A stretch of DNA of 64,000 nt. Source: an uncultured Clostridia bacterium (lineage in GTDB: Bacteria > Bacillota > Clostridia > Christensenellales > UBA1242). The stretch covers positions 9,939-73,938 of the forward strand of contig CALVNZ010000002.1 of the NCBI GenBank assembly GCA_944350115.1, in the 5' to 3' direction. This document shows, piece after piece, positions 10,514 through 19,305 of the stretch. Within the stretch, counting starts at the first letter, position 1; each line of letters begins with the position of its first letter. The position numbers were made by a program, and so were the translations under genes. The notes beneath the pieces were generated by a model that did not search any database, was not told the origin of the DNA, and was given only the letters and a program-made list of their open reading frames with translations.

Positions 10514-10903
10514 ATGTATAGCAAAAGAGTTTTATCGATTTTTCAAAATCCACAAAATGCTGGTGGTATGAAAGGTGCAAATGGTGTTGGCAAAGTTGGT
10601 GGAACAAGTTGCAGTGACATCATGAAAATTTATTTAATGATTGAAGATGGTGTTGTTCAAGATGCTCAATTTAAAACCTTTGGATCTTGTGCGGCAATCG
10701 CTTCAACCGAAGTGGCTTGTGACCTTGTGAGAGGAAGAACGATTGAAGAAGCAATGGCACTTTCTGGGAACGAAATATTAGAAGAGCTTGGTGAGTTGCC
10801 ACAAAACAAAATCTACACAACAATGCTTGCAGAACAAGCTGTCAAAGCTGCAATTGATGATTACTTTAAAAGACTTGAAAAATTAGAGAAAAAAGCAGAT
10901 TAA
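10514..10903 (+). CDS. NifU/IscU-like Fe-S scaffold, atypical (His-Cys pair replaced)
   Basis: IscU-like pattern (SCSD...AQFKTFGSCAAIAS...LP.NKI..T.LAEQAVKAAIDDY) immediately downstream of nifS. The usual KIHCS motif reads KIYTT here. Confidence 0.85.
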   Translation: MYSKRVLSIFQNPQNAGGMKGANGVGKVGGTSCSDIMKIYLMIEDGVVQDAQFKTFGSCAAIASTEVACDLVRGRTIEEAMALSGNEILEELGELPQNKIYTTMLAEQAVKAAIDDYFKRLEKLEKKAD

Positions 10904-10975
10904 ATCTGCTTTTTTTGTTGAAAATTTGGTTATTTTCTTCCTTTTTTGCACAAACTATTTCAAAAGGAGGGGGAA

Positions 10976-11164
10976 ATGAAAGAAGCGATGATGTTGTTTG
11001 GTTTTGGAATGGGACTTGTTACCGGCGCACTTTTATATAAATATTCTCAAAACGCAAAACAGATGGTTGACAACAGTGAAAAGAAAGTGATGAAACAAGT
11101 TGAAAAAGTCGCTGATGAAGTGAAAAGTGCCACAAAAAAAACCAAGAAAAAAGCGCAAGCATAA
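10976..11164 (+). CDS. Small YtxH-like membrane protein
   Basis: AGGAGGGGG RBS before the ATG at 10976. One TM helix (LFGFGMGLVTGALLY) is followed by a Lys-rich helical tail. Confidence 0.5.
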   Translation: MKEAMMLFGFGMGLVTGALLYKYSQNAKQMVDNSEKKVMKQVEKVADEVKSATKKTKKKAQA

Positions 11165-11180
11165 ATTTAATAAAAGCAAA

Positions 11181-11213
11181 AAAGGCAAGGGGAAAACCTT
11201 GCCTTTAATTTTC
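11181..11213. terminator. Bidirectional hairpin terminator shared by the ytxH-like gene (+) and SRP RNA (-)
   Basis: 10-bp stem aaaggcaagg/ccttgccttt, with an A-run on one side and a T-rich tract on the other. Confidence 0.65.
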
Positions 11214-11488
11214 TTTACCGGGCACTTGCCTTGACAATTTTACACCAACTGTTTCAAAATTTTCTGGCTCCACCAAAGCTACCTTATGGCACACGCTCGG
11301 CTCCTCTTAATGATGCTCCCGTCAGGGCCTGACATGGTTCAAGGACGACCGTTGCATAAGACCTTGATTTCATCACCAGTGAAATTTTGCACATTTTTGA
11401 CATAAAACAGCCGCAACAAGCGTTCAATCCTGCTGTAGCGGGTTGCAGGTTACAGGGCACCGCTAACTCCCCATCTAGCCCGGCTTTA
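11214..11488 (-). ncRNA. ffs: Signal recognition particle RNA, long Bacillus-type with Alu domain (scRNA)
   Basis: The minus strand reads GCCGGGCUAGAUGGGGAGUUAGCGGUGCCCUGUAACC (Alu domain) and GUCAGGCCCUGACGGGAGCA...GCGUGUGCC...GUAGCU (the helix-8 region, as in the E. coli 4.5S core). The 5' and 3' ends pair (gcccggcttt/ctttaccgggc). A TTGATT-17-TATAAT promoter lies at 11492-11520 on the minus strand. The segment is GC-rich in an AT-rich genome. Confidence 0.88.
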
Positions 11489-11583
11489 AGCATTATATAT
11501 AAAATTTAAAAAAAAATCAAGAGAAATCGTTTCGTATTTTATTAGAAATTGGTTATAATTTTTATGTAGTTTTAGGAGTTATT

Positions 11584-12300
11584 ATGTCAGAAAAAAGCAA
11601 TGCAGAAAGATTTATTGATTCTTTTAACACAATTGACTACACCCTTCGTGCTAGGTATGGTCTTAACAGAAGCATGGGTTTTTCGGATTTGATTAGAAAA
11701 TGTGTCAGTTTAAATTATGTTGTAAGAAAATATGAAGACGATTTGATTGATTACAGCAGACTTCGCAACGCTATTGTGCATCAAGGAAACAAAGATTATA
11801 TTATTGCTGAACCTCACACAAGAATTGTTGAACATATTGAAAAAATAGAAAAACTTATCAATACCCCGCCAAAATGTATTGACATTTGTCGTCGCGATAT
11901 TGTGACAATTGATGCTGGGGCTTCTATGGAAAAAGTTATAAAACTTATTGCAAGTTCAAAATATTCAAACATTCCTGTTTATAATGGCGATATGCTTATA
12001 GGTGTTGCAAATGGACAAAAAATTCTAGATTCATTTGGTATGCATTTGCTTTCTGGCGGAAAGAGCAAGACCTTTTTGGAAAATGTTAAAATAGAAGACA
12101 TGCTTTCAAAAATTCAATCCGCATATTATGAAGTTGCTTCTATTGAACTTACAATGGAAGAAGCGCTTAATAAATTTCATGCAAACCCAAAACTTCTTGC
12201 GATTCTCCTTACAAAAACAGGTGAGCAAGACGAAAAGCCTCTTGGCATAGTCACAGGGGCAGATGCTATTGAAATGAACAAGATTTTGGACAATTATTAA
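11584..12300 (+). CDS. CBS-pair domain protein with N-terminal Rx4H (HEPN-like) helical domain
   Basis: The C-terminal half has two CBS-like repeats (IVTIDAGASMEKVIKLI...IPVYNG..LIGV and LAILLTKTG...PLGIVTGADAI). The N-terminal roughly 95 aa are helical and carry SRLRNAIVHQG. Confidence 0.75.
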   Translation: MSEKSNAERFIDSFNTIDYTLRARYGLNRSMGFSDLIRKCVSLNYVVRKYEDDLIDYSRLRNAIVHQGNKDYIIAEPHTRIVEHIEKIEKLINTPPKCIDICRRDIVTIDAGASMEKVIKLIASSKYSNIPVYNGDMLIGVANGQKILDSFGMHLLSGGKSKTFLENVKIEDMLSKIQSAYYEVASIELTMEEALNKFHANPKLLAILLTKTGEQDEKPLGIVTGADAIEMNKILDNY

Positions 12301-12304
12301 TTTA

Positions 12305-12333
12305 GTTGACAAATTGGCAAAATTCTGCTAACA
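12305..12333 (+). promoter_or_regulatory. Sigma-A-type promoter for the ileS leader
   Basis: TTGACA (12305-12310), 17-nt spacer, TAACAT (12328-12333). Confidence 0.5.
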
Positions 12334-12339
12334 TCATAA

Positions 12340-12590
12340 TGAATTTAAAAAAGCGAAGATGAAAGACACGGTTTTAAAATTTTCCTTTACAGAGAACTGT
12401 TGGTTGGTGAAAAACAGTAAGCGAATTTTTAAAATTATCACTTTCGGAGCTGCGAAGCTGAATTAAGAGTAAGCCAAGCCGTTATCTCTGCGTTAATGAG
12501 AAGCGTGTGGTTGCACGTGTAAGCTTCAAGTGGTTGAAAACTTTTTCTCGGAAAGTTCTTGTAGGCTTATCCGAGAATTTTGTTTTTTGG
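12340..12590 (+). promoter_or_regulatory. T-box leader (Ile specifier) with intrinsic terminator
   Basis: Stem-I elements: GATGA (K-turn-like), AGAGA, and a distal GGTTGGTGAAAA loop. Candidate specifier ATC at 12437-12439 is followed by A. A degenerate T-box-like AGTGGTTG follows. Terminator stem ttctcgg (12545-12551) pairs with ccgagaa (12571-12577) plus a T-run, directly upstream of ileS. Confidence 0.7.
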
Positions 12591-12598
12591 AGGAAATT

Positions 12599-15500
12599 AT
12601 GTACAAAAAAGTTGAATCAAAATTGGACTTTGTCAAAAATGAAAATGAAGTTTTGGAATTTTGGAATCGCGAACACATTATTGAAAAGGGCATAAAGTTG
12701 AATGAAAACAGCGACAAGGTTTTTTCATTTTATGAAGGCCCACCAACAGCAAATGGCATGCCACATATTGGGCATCCTTTGACAAGAACTATCAAAGACA
12801 TTTTTCCTCGTTTTAAAGCGATGAAAGGGTTTTATGTTCCAAGAAAAGCAGGTTGGGACACGCATGGTCTTCCTGTTGAAGTGGAAGTTGAAAAACAACT
12901 CGGCTTAAACGGCAAGCATGACATTGAAAAGTTTGGCGTTGAAAAATTTATGCATCTTTGCAAACAATCTGTTTGGAAATATAAAGGATTGTGGGAAAAG
13001 CTTACAAACAGAATGGGCTTTTGGCTTGATATGGAGAATCCATACATCACATATGAAAATAATTACATTGAAAGCATCTTTTGGGCTTTGAAAGAGATGG
13101 ACAAAAAGGGTATGATTTATTTGGGACATAAAGTTATTCCATACTGCCCGCGTTGTGGGACAAGCCTTTCCAAACTTGAAGTTGAAAATGGCGACAACTA
13201 TAAAATTTTAAAAGAAAACTCAATTTATGTGAAATTTAAAAGTCTTGAAGAAGAAAACACTTATTTCTTGGTTTGGACAACAACGCCTTGGACACTTCCT
13301 TCAAACGTTGCAATTTGTATGAACCCAAAAGAAGAGTATGTCAAACTCGAATATAATGGCACAAATTACATCATGCTTAAAGCGCTTGTTGACAGACTTT
13401 TTGAAGAAGGAACTTATAAAGTTGTTTACACGAAAAAAGGTGCTGAATTTGAAAAGCAAAAATATGAGCCACTTTTTGATTATGTGAAAGACAAAGTTAA
13501 AAATGCGTATTTTGTTGTCATTGATGAATATGTAACAACAGAAGACGGAACCGGCATTGTTCACATCGCTCCTGCTTTTGGTGAAGAAGACTATAATGTT
13601 GGCAAAAAATATGATATCGATTTTGTTCAGCTTGTAACAGAAGAAGGAAATATGTCAGCAGAAACCGATTATGCTGGAAAGTTTGTGAAAGATGCAGACA
13701 AGTTCATTATTGAAGATTTGCAAAAAAGTGGCAAAGTTTTCAAAGTTTTGCCTTTTGAACATGCTTATCCTCATTGTTGGAGATGTGGAACGCCACTGCT
13801 TTATTACGCAAAAAACACATGGTTTGTTAAAACGACCGCAAACAAAGAAAACATGGTGAAAAATAATGCAAGCGTAAATTGGCTTCCAGAAACCATCAAA
13901 CAAGGCAGAATGGGGAATTTCCTTGAAAACAACATCGATTGGGGAATTTCAAGAACTCGTTATTGGGGCACGCCTCTTCCTTTCTGGCTTTGTGAAAATG
14001 GACACAGACATGTTATTGGTTCGGTTGATGAATTGAGAAAACTTACTGGATTTAAAGGCGAACTCGATTTGCACAAACCATCACTTGACAAACTCACCTT
14101 CCCATGTCCAATTTGCGGAAAGACAATGAAAAGAACAAGCGAAGTTATGGACTGCTGGTTTGACTCTGGATCAATGCCTTTTGCACAATATCATTATCCG
14201 TTTGAAAATAAAGAGATTTTTGAGAAAACTTTCCCAGCAAAATTTATTGCAGAAGGAATCGATCAAACGAGAGGGTGGTTCTATTCTTTGCAAGCTGTCA
14301 ATAGCGCGTTATTTAACAAGAGCCCTTATGAGACTTGCATTGCTATTGGGCTTGTAAATGACAGGTTTGGCCAAAAGATGTCAAAACATCTTGGCAATGG
14401 TGTTGACCCATGGGCTATTTTTGATAAAGAAGGAGCTGATGCACTGAGATGGTACTTCTACTATTCTTGCACACCTGGTCAACCAATTTCTTTTAATGAA
14501 GACAATTTGGTCGATTTACAACGCAAGTTTATGGGCACGCTTTGGAACATTTATGCATTCTATGTCCTTTATGCTGAAATCGACAAGTTTGACCCAACCA
14601 AAATTGATCTTAAAGATTGCAAACTTTCTTTGCTTGACAAATGGTTGCTTTCAAAATTTAATTCTTTAATAAAATTTGTTGATGACAGACTTGAAAACTA
14701 TGATTTCCAATCAGCAGCGAGAGAAATTACTGCTTTTGTTGATGAGTTTTCAAACTGGTATATCAGACGCAGTCGTGAAAGATTCTGGCAAAACGGCATG
14801 GCAGATGATAAAAACGCTGCTTTCAAAACTTTGTATGAAGTGCTTTGTGGCATGACAAAACTTATCGCTCCATTTGTTCCATTTATTTCTGAAAGCATCT
14901 ATCAAAACATCACGCGTTCAGTTGATAAAAACGCTCCAATTAGTGTGCATTTGTGCTCTTATCCTGTTGCAGATGAAAAGATGATCGATGAAAACTTGAA
15001 TAAAGGAATGCAAAAGGTTTTGGATATCGTTATTTTGGGAAGAGCGTGCAGAAGCGCTTCTCAAATCAAAAATCGTCAACCTTTGTCGAAAGTTATTGTA
15101 AGTTTTGCCGAAGATGTCACACTTGCAGAGGACTTAAAAGATTTAATTAAAGATGAATTGAATGTTGAAGCGATTGAGTTTAACAAAGATTCGACTGACT
15201 TTGTCGCTTTTGAACTTAAACCTCAACTCAAAACTTTGGGACCTAAATATGGAAAACGCTTAAATGAAATCAGAGAGTTTTTGTCAACTTGTGATTCTTC
15301 AAGCGTTGTTAAAACTCTTAAAGATGGTGGCAAAGTTGAATTTAACGGAATCGTACTTGGTTTGGATGATGTGTTGATAACAGTTAAAAACAAGGAAGGT
15401 TTTGTAAGCGAAAGTGACGGAAATATCACTGTCGTTTTGGATGTCGTTTTGACGGAACAGTTAAAACAAAAAGGGCTTGTTAGAGAATTTGTTTCAAACA

Positions 15501-15712
15501 TTCAGCAAACGAGAAAAGACATTGGATTGGAAGTGACTGACCACATTGTGATTGAAGTTTGTGGAGATCAAACTTTGACTGATGTGCTTATGAATTTTGT
15601 CAGTGAAATTAAAAGCGGAACGCTTTGTGATAAAGTGGAATTAAAACCAGCAGATGCGTTTAATTTCAATTTTGAAGGAAAAGAGATTAAATTTAATATT
15701 AAAAAGGCGTAA
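12599..15712 (+). CDS. ileS: Isoleucine--tRNA ligase
   Basis: HIGH motif (PPTANGMPHIGH), KMSKHLGN (KMSKS loop), editing CP1 region, about 1037 aa. The ATG at 12599 follows GGAGG; the longer ORF from 12530 runs through the T-box terminator. Confidence 0.97.
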   Translation: MYKKVESKLDFVKNENEVLEFWNREHIIEKGIKLNENSDKVFSFYEGPPTANGMPHIGHPLTRTIKDIFPRFKAMKGFYVPRKAGWDTHGLPVEVEVEKQLGLNGKHDIEKFGVEKFMHLCKQSVWKYKGLWEKLTNRMGFWLDMENPYITYENNYIESIFWALKEMDKKGMIYLGHKVIPYCPRCGTSLSKLEVENGDNYKILKENSIYVKFKSLEEENTYFLVWTTTPWTLPSNVAICMNPKEEYVKLEYNGTNYIMLKALVDRLFEEGTYKVVYTKKGAEFEKQKYEPLFDYVKDKVKNAYFVVIDEYVTTEDGTGIVHIAPAFGEEDYNVGKKYDIDFVQLVTEEGNMSAETDYAGKFVKDADKFIIEDLQKSGKVFKVLPFEHAYPHCWRCGTPLLYYAKNTWFVKTTANKENMVKNNASVNWLPETIKQGRMGNFLENNIDWGISRTRYWGTPLPFWLCENGHRHVIGSVDELRKLTGFKGELDLHKPSLDKLTFPCPICGKTMKRTSEVMDCWFDSGSMPFAQYHYPFENKEIFEKTFPAKFIAEGIDQTRGWFYSLQAVNSALFNKSPYETCIAIGLVNDRFGQKMSKHLGNGVDPWAIFDKEGADALRWYFYYSCTPGQPISFNEDNLVDLQRKFMGTLWNIYAFYVLYAEIDKFDPTKIDLKDCKLSLLDKWLLSKFNSLIKFVDDRLENYDFQSAAREITAFVDEFSNWYIRRSRERFWQNGMADDKNAAFKTLYEVLCGMTKLIAPFVPFISESIYQNITRSVDKNAPISVHLCSYPVADEKMIDENLNKGMQKVLDIVILGRACRSASQIKNRQPLSKVIVSFAEDVTLAEDLKDLIKDELNVEAIEFNKDSTDFVAFELKPQLKTLGPKYGKRLNEIREFLSTCDSSSVVKTLKDGGKVEFNGIVLGLDDVLITVKNKEGFVSESDGNITVVLDVVLTEQLKQKGLVREFVSNIQQTRKDIGLEVTDHIVIEVCGDQTLTDVLMNFVSEIKSGTLCDKVELKPADAFNFNFEGKEIKFNIKKA

Positions 15713-15723
15713 AGGAAGAAAAA

Positions 15724-16578
15724 ATGCAAATTGCAAAGGATTGGAAAGATTTTCAAGTGCTTGCAACTGGCGATGGCGAAAAGATTGAAAGGTGGGGACA
15801 GGTCGTTTTGATGCGACCTGATCCTCAAATCATTTGGGGTGATTTTGATAAAAAGAAAAACAGTTTAAAAAAATCTTTAAATGCAAGATATGTTCGATCA
15901 TACACAGGCGGAGGAGCTTGGGAAAAATATTTGCCTTTTCCTGAAAAATGGACGGTTGAATGGAAAGATTTGAAATTTTTTGTTAAACCTATGGGTTTTA
16001 AGCATACAGGTCTTTTTCCAGAACAATCAGTCAACTGGGAGAAAATGCAAAATTTGATTTTAAACTCAAAAAGAGAAATAAAAGTTTTAAATCTTTTTGC
16101 TTACACAGGTGCTGCGTCTGTCGCTTGTGCTAAGGCTGGCGCAAAAGTGACTCATGTTGATGCAAGCAAGGGTATGGTTGAAAGAGCAAAAGAAAATGCT
16201 AAAATTAACAACATTGATTCAATTAGATTTATTGTTGATGATTGCAAAAAATTTATTGAACGAGAAACACGCAGAGGCAACAAGTATGACGCAATCATTA
16301 TGGACCCACCTAGTTATGGTAGGGGGCCAAGTGGCGAACTTTGGAAAATTGAAGAAAATCTTTACGATTTTGTTAAACTCACAAAAGATGTTTTAAGCGA
16401 TAAACCTTTGTTTGTGCTTATCAATTCTTATACAACGGGTTTGCAAGCAGGCGTTATTAAAAATGTGTTGGCGCTCTTGTTTGGGACAGATGGTGTTGAA
16501 GCAGATGAAATTGGTTTGCCAACGCAAGAAGGCCTTGTTTTGCCTTGTGGCAATTCGGGTTTTAAAATTTGGAAGTGA
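15724..16578 (+). CDS. Class I SAM-dependent methyltransferase (RlmI/RlmK-like rRNA methyltransferase family)
   Basis: SAM-binding motif VLNLFAYTGAASVACA, DxS..., IIMDPPSYG (the DPP motif of N/C5 MTases), and an N-terminal PUA/EEHEE-like segment. Confidence 0.8.
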   Translation: MQIAKDWKDFQVLATGDGEKIERWGQVVLMRPDPQIIWGDFDKKKNSLKKSLNARYVRSYTGGGAWEKYLPFPEKWTVEWKDLKFFVKPMGFKHTGLFPEQSVNWEKMQNLILNSKREIKVLNLFAYTGAASVACAKAGAKVTHVDASKGMVERAKENAKINNIDSIRFIVDDCKKFIERETRRGNKYDAIIMDPPSYGRGPSGELWKIEENLYDFVKLTKDVLSDKPLFVLINSYTTGLQAGVIKNVLALLFGTDGVEADEIGLPTQEGLVLPCGNSGFKIWK

Positions 16579-16588
16579 GGAGATTGTT

Positions 16589-17272
16589 ATGCAAGTTGTT
16601 TATGACGATTCGCAAATAGTGGTTGTGATAAAACCACACAATGTGCCTTCACAAAAAGATGAATCTGGCGACAAAGATTTGTTGAGTGAAGTCAAAGAAT
16701 TTGTTAAAGAAAAATATAATAAGCCAGGGGAAGCTTTTGTAGGCCTTGTGCATAGATTGGATAGGCCAACAGGTGGACTAATGGTGTTTGCACGAACTTC
16801 AAAAGCTGCTGCAAGACTTTCAAAACAAATTCAAGAAGGTGGATTTGAAAAGGTTTATTACTGTGTTGTTGAGGGCAAAATAAAACATAACACACAAAGG
16901 CTTGTCAACTATTTAAAAAAAGATGAAAAAAACAACATTGTGAAATTATGTCCAGCACTTGAAAACGGAGCGAAAAAAGCAGAACTTGTTTATAAGTGCC
17001 TTGAAAGAAACGAAAAGCGATCGCTTTTGGAAGTTAAGATTTTAACGGGAAGATCACATCAAATTCGTGTGCAACTTGCAAATATTGGCTATCCTTTGGT
17101 TGGAGACATGAAATACAACAAAAATGCCCAAAAGGGAAATTTAGCACTTTGGGCTGGTAGACTTGAGTTTGAACACCCAGTTTCAAAACAAAAGATGAAA
17201 TTTTTGGCTATGCCAGACGAAACAGCAGAGCCTTGGAAGGAATTTAAAATTTCAAAATATTTTGTGAGGTGA
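16589..17272 (+). CDS. RluA-family pseudouridine synthase (no S4 domain)
   Basis: HRLDRPTGGLMVFA catalytic Asp motif, and TGRSHQIRVQLA. The ATG at 16589 follows GAGGAG; the upstream part of the track ORF overlaps the previous gene. Confidence 0.88.
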   Translation: MQVVYDDSQIVVVIKPHNVPSQKDESGDKDLLSEVKEFVKEKYNKPGEAFVGLVHRLDRPTGGLMVFARTSKAAARLSKQIQEGGFEKVYYCVVEGKIKHNTQRLVNYLKKDEKNNIVKLCPALENGAKKAELVYKCLERNEKRSLLEVKILTGRSHQIRVQLANIGYPLVGDMKYNKNAQKGNLALWAGRLEFEHPVSKQKMKFLAMPDETAEPWKEFKISKYFVR

Positions 17273-17274
17273 AA

Positions 17275-19047
17275 ATGAAGCGCAGTCAAATTCCAGAAAA
17301 ATATAAATGGAATTTAAAAGAATATTGTTCAAATGATAAAGATTTTTATACTCGAACAGCTTTATTGGAAGACAAAGTAAAAAAGTTTAAAGAATTTGAA
17401 GGCAAGCTTGATGATGAAAATTTGCTTTTTCAAGTTTTAAATTTTGACAGTGAAGTTTCTTACGAACTTGATATTCTTGGCAACTATGCTATGCGAAGAC
17501 TCGACGAAAATTTGGCGTCTTCCGAGGGCCAAGAACTTGAAAGTGAGTTTTCAAAAGTCGCAACGATCTATTCTGTCGCAACATCTTTTATCGTTCCAGA
17601 GATTAGCGGATTTAGTGATGAAAAATTAAAAAAATTACAAAATAATGAGAAATTTTTTAGATTTAAACTGTTTTTTAAGGATATTATTAAATCAAAGCCA
17701 CACATATTAAAACAAAATGAAGAAAAAATGTTGTCAGGCATGAGTGAATTTTTAGGGGGATTTTCAGACTGTTTTGCTGCATTCAGTGATGCGGATTTAA
17801 AGTTTGAAGATATTTGTGACAGCAAAGGCAAAAAATATAAATTAAATCAAGAGCTTTATGGCAAGTATATGCGATCAGATGATAGAGTCCTTCGCAAAAA
17901 CGCTATAACTTTTTTAAATGGCGGGTTTGGTAAGTTTATTAATTTGCTCACAAAAAACTATTTATCAAATGTCAAGGAAGATTGTTATTTTGCAAAATTA
18001 CGAAATTATTCTTCTGCTTTAGATCAGGCAATCGAAACAGAAGATGCAAGCAAAAATGTTTATCAAAACCTTATAACATCAATTAGAAAAAACATTCAAA
18101 TTATGTATCGCTTTGCCAATCTAAAAAAAGGAAAACTTAAACTTGACGATTTTGCAATATATGATCAATCTGCTCCTGTTGGCAAACTTTTATCAAAAAA
18201 ATATTCTTTTGATGAGGCTTTTAAGCTTTTAAAAAATTCAACCAAAGTTTTGGGTGAAAAATATGGTCAAATTTTAGATCTCGCAAAAAAAGAAAGATGG
18301 ATTGATGTGATGCCTAGTGAAGGCAAGACGTCAGGTGCATATTCGGCAGGCGCCTATCGAAAACCGCCAGTAGTTTTACTAAATTTTGTTGGCGATTTAA
18401 GATCGGTTGAAACTTTGGTTCATGAAATGGGACACAGCATGCACTCTTATTTTTCTTCACAAAAACAAATTTATGAAGAAGCTGGCTATGTCATTTTTGT
18501 TGCGGAAGTGGCAAGCACTGTCAATGAAACTTTGCTGACATTCTATTTGCTTGAAAATTCAAAATCTAAAAATGAAAAACTCGCTTTAATAGATAATTTG
18601 TTTGTAAACATCAGATCAACAATTTTTAGGCAAACCATGTTTGCAGAATTTGAAGAATGGGTTCATTCCCAGCATGAAAATGGCGTTCCACTTTCGAAAG
18701 ACAAATTGTGCAAAAAATATTTTGATTTAAACAAATATTATTTTGGATCAAAAACTAAACTTGTCAAAGAAATTCAATATGAGTGGGCGCGTATTCCACA
18801 TTTTTATCGAAGTTTTTATGTTTATAAATATGCAACAGGTTTGATTAGTGCCTTAAACATTGTGCAAAGAATTTTAGCAAAAGAAGAAGGTGCAGTGGAA
18901 AGATATTTAAATTTTCTTTCAGCAGGTGGAACTAAACCACCAGTTGAACTTTTAAAAGACGCTGGCTGTGATTTAGAAGACCCAAAAACTTTTGATGATG
19001 TTTTTGAATTTCTTAATACGCTTTTGGACGAATATGAAAAATTATAA
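17275..19047 (+). CDS. pepF: Oligoendopeptidase F (M3B family)
   Basis: HEMGH zinc motif, length about 590 aa, and N-terminal IPEKYKWNL typical of PepF. Confidence 0.92.
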   Translation: MKRSQIPEKYKWNLKEYCSNDKDFYTRTALLEDKVKKFKEFEGKLDDENLLFQVLNFDSEVSYELDILGNYAMRRLDENLASSEGQELESEFSKVATIYSVATSFIVPEISGFSDEKLKKLQNNEKFFRFKLFFKDIIKSKPHILKQNEEKMLSGMSEFLGGFSDCFAAFSDADLKFEDICDSKGKKYKLNQELYGKYMRSDDRVLRKNAITFLNGGFGKFINLLTKNYLSNVKEDCYFAKLRNYSSALDQAIETEDASKNVYQNLITSIRKNIQIMYRFANLKKGKLKLDDFAIYDQSAPVGKLLSKKYSFDEAFKLLKNSTKVLGEKYGQILDLAKKERWIDVMPSEGKTSGAYSAGAYRKPPVVLLNFVGDLRSVETLVHEMGHSMHSYFSSQKQIYEEAGYVIFVAEVASTVNETLLTFYLLENSKSKNEKLALIDNLFVNIRSTIFRQTMFAEFEEWVHSQHENGVPLSKDKLCKKYFDLNKYYFGSKTKLVKEIQYEWARIPHFYRSFYVYKYATGLISALNIVQRILAKEEGAVERYLNFLSAGGTKPPVELLKDAGCDLEDPKTFDDVFEFLNTLLDEYEKL

Positions 19048-19080
19048 AAAAAACGGTCACTATTCAAGTGACCGTTTTTG
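19046..19080. terminator. Bidirectional hairpin terminator (pepF / Cys-rich ORF)
   Basis: 8-bp stem acggtcac/gtgaccgt, flanked by an A-run and a T-run. Confidence 0.75.
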
Positions 19081-19305
19081 TCCGCAATTTTGCCCTATCA
19101 AGAATCCTCCCGCGAGAAGTAACAACCCAATAGGCAAAGCTATATTTAAGTAACCGCACCCTAATGGACCACAGCAGGGGGAAGTTGGGCAGCCGCACTC
19201 TGGAGGCAAAGGCGGATTGCAATGGGTGCATCCCCAATTTTGAGGACATCTTGAAGCTGGCATATTAAAATAACAACCACTTCGGTAACATCTTTCGTAG
19301 TTCAT
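19060..19305 (-). CDS. Small Cys/Pro-rich tail-anchored protein (hypothetical, 81 aa)
   Basis: GGAGG RBS lies 5 nt before the ATG at 19305. The translation is MNYERCYRSGCYFNMPASRCPQNWGCTHCNPPLPPECGCPTSPCCGPLGCGY, followed by a TM helix LNIALPIGLLLLAGGFLIG. The locus is visibly GC-richer than its flanks. Confidence 0.45.
   Translation of the reverse strand: MNYERCYRSGCYFNMPASRCPQNWGCTHCNPPLPPECGCPTSPCCGPLGCGYLNIALPIGLLLLAGGFLIGQNCGQKRSLE

Noticed and set aside
11284-11493. 69-aa ORF on the minus strand
   Set aside because: It lies entirely inside the SRP RNA gene. The GC-rich RNA explains the open frame.
12530-12598. N-terminal 23-codon extension of the ileS ORF in the track
   Set aside because: It runs through the T-box terminator hairpin and T-run. 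The ATG at 12599 has a GGAGG RBS and begins the conserved IleRS N-terminus.
16412-16588. Upstream 59-codon extension of the RluA-family ORF
   Set aside because: It overlaps the 3' end of the methyltransferase gene in another frame and has odd composition. The ATG at 16589 has a GAGGAG RBS and starts the conserved domain.
19064-19249. Alternative 61-aa frame in the GC-rich Cys-ORF region
   Set aside because: It has no RBS or start context. The frame starting at 19305 has GGAGG and a coherent Cys-rich-plus-TM architecture.
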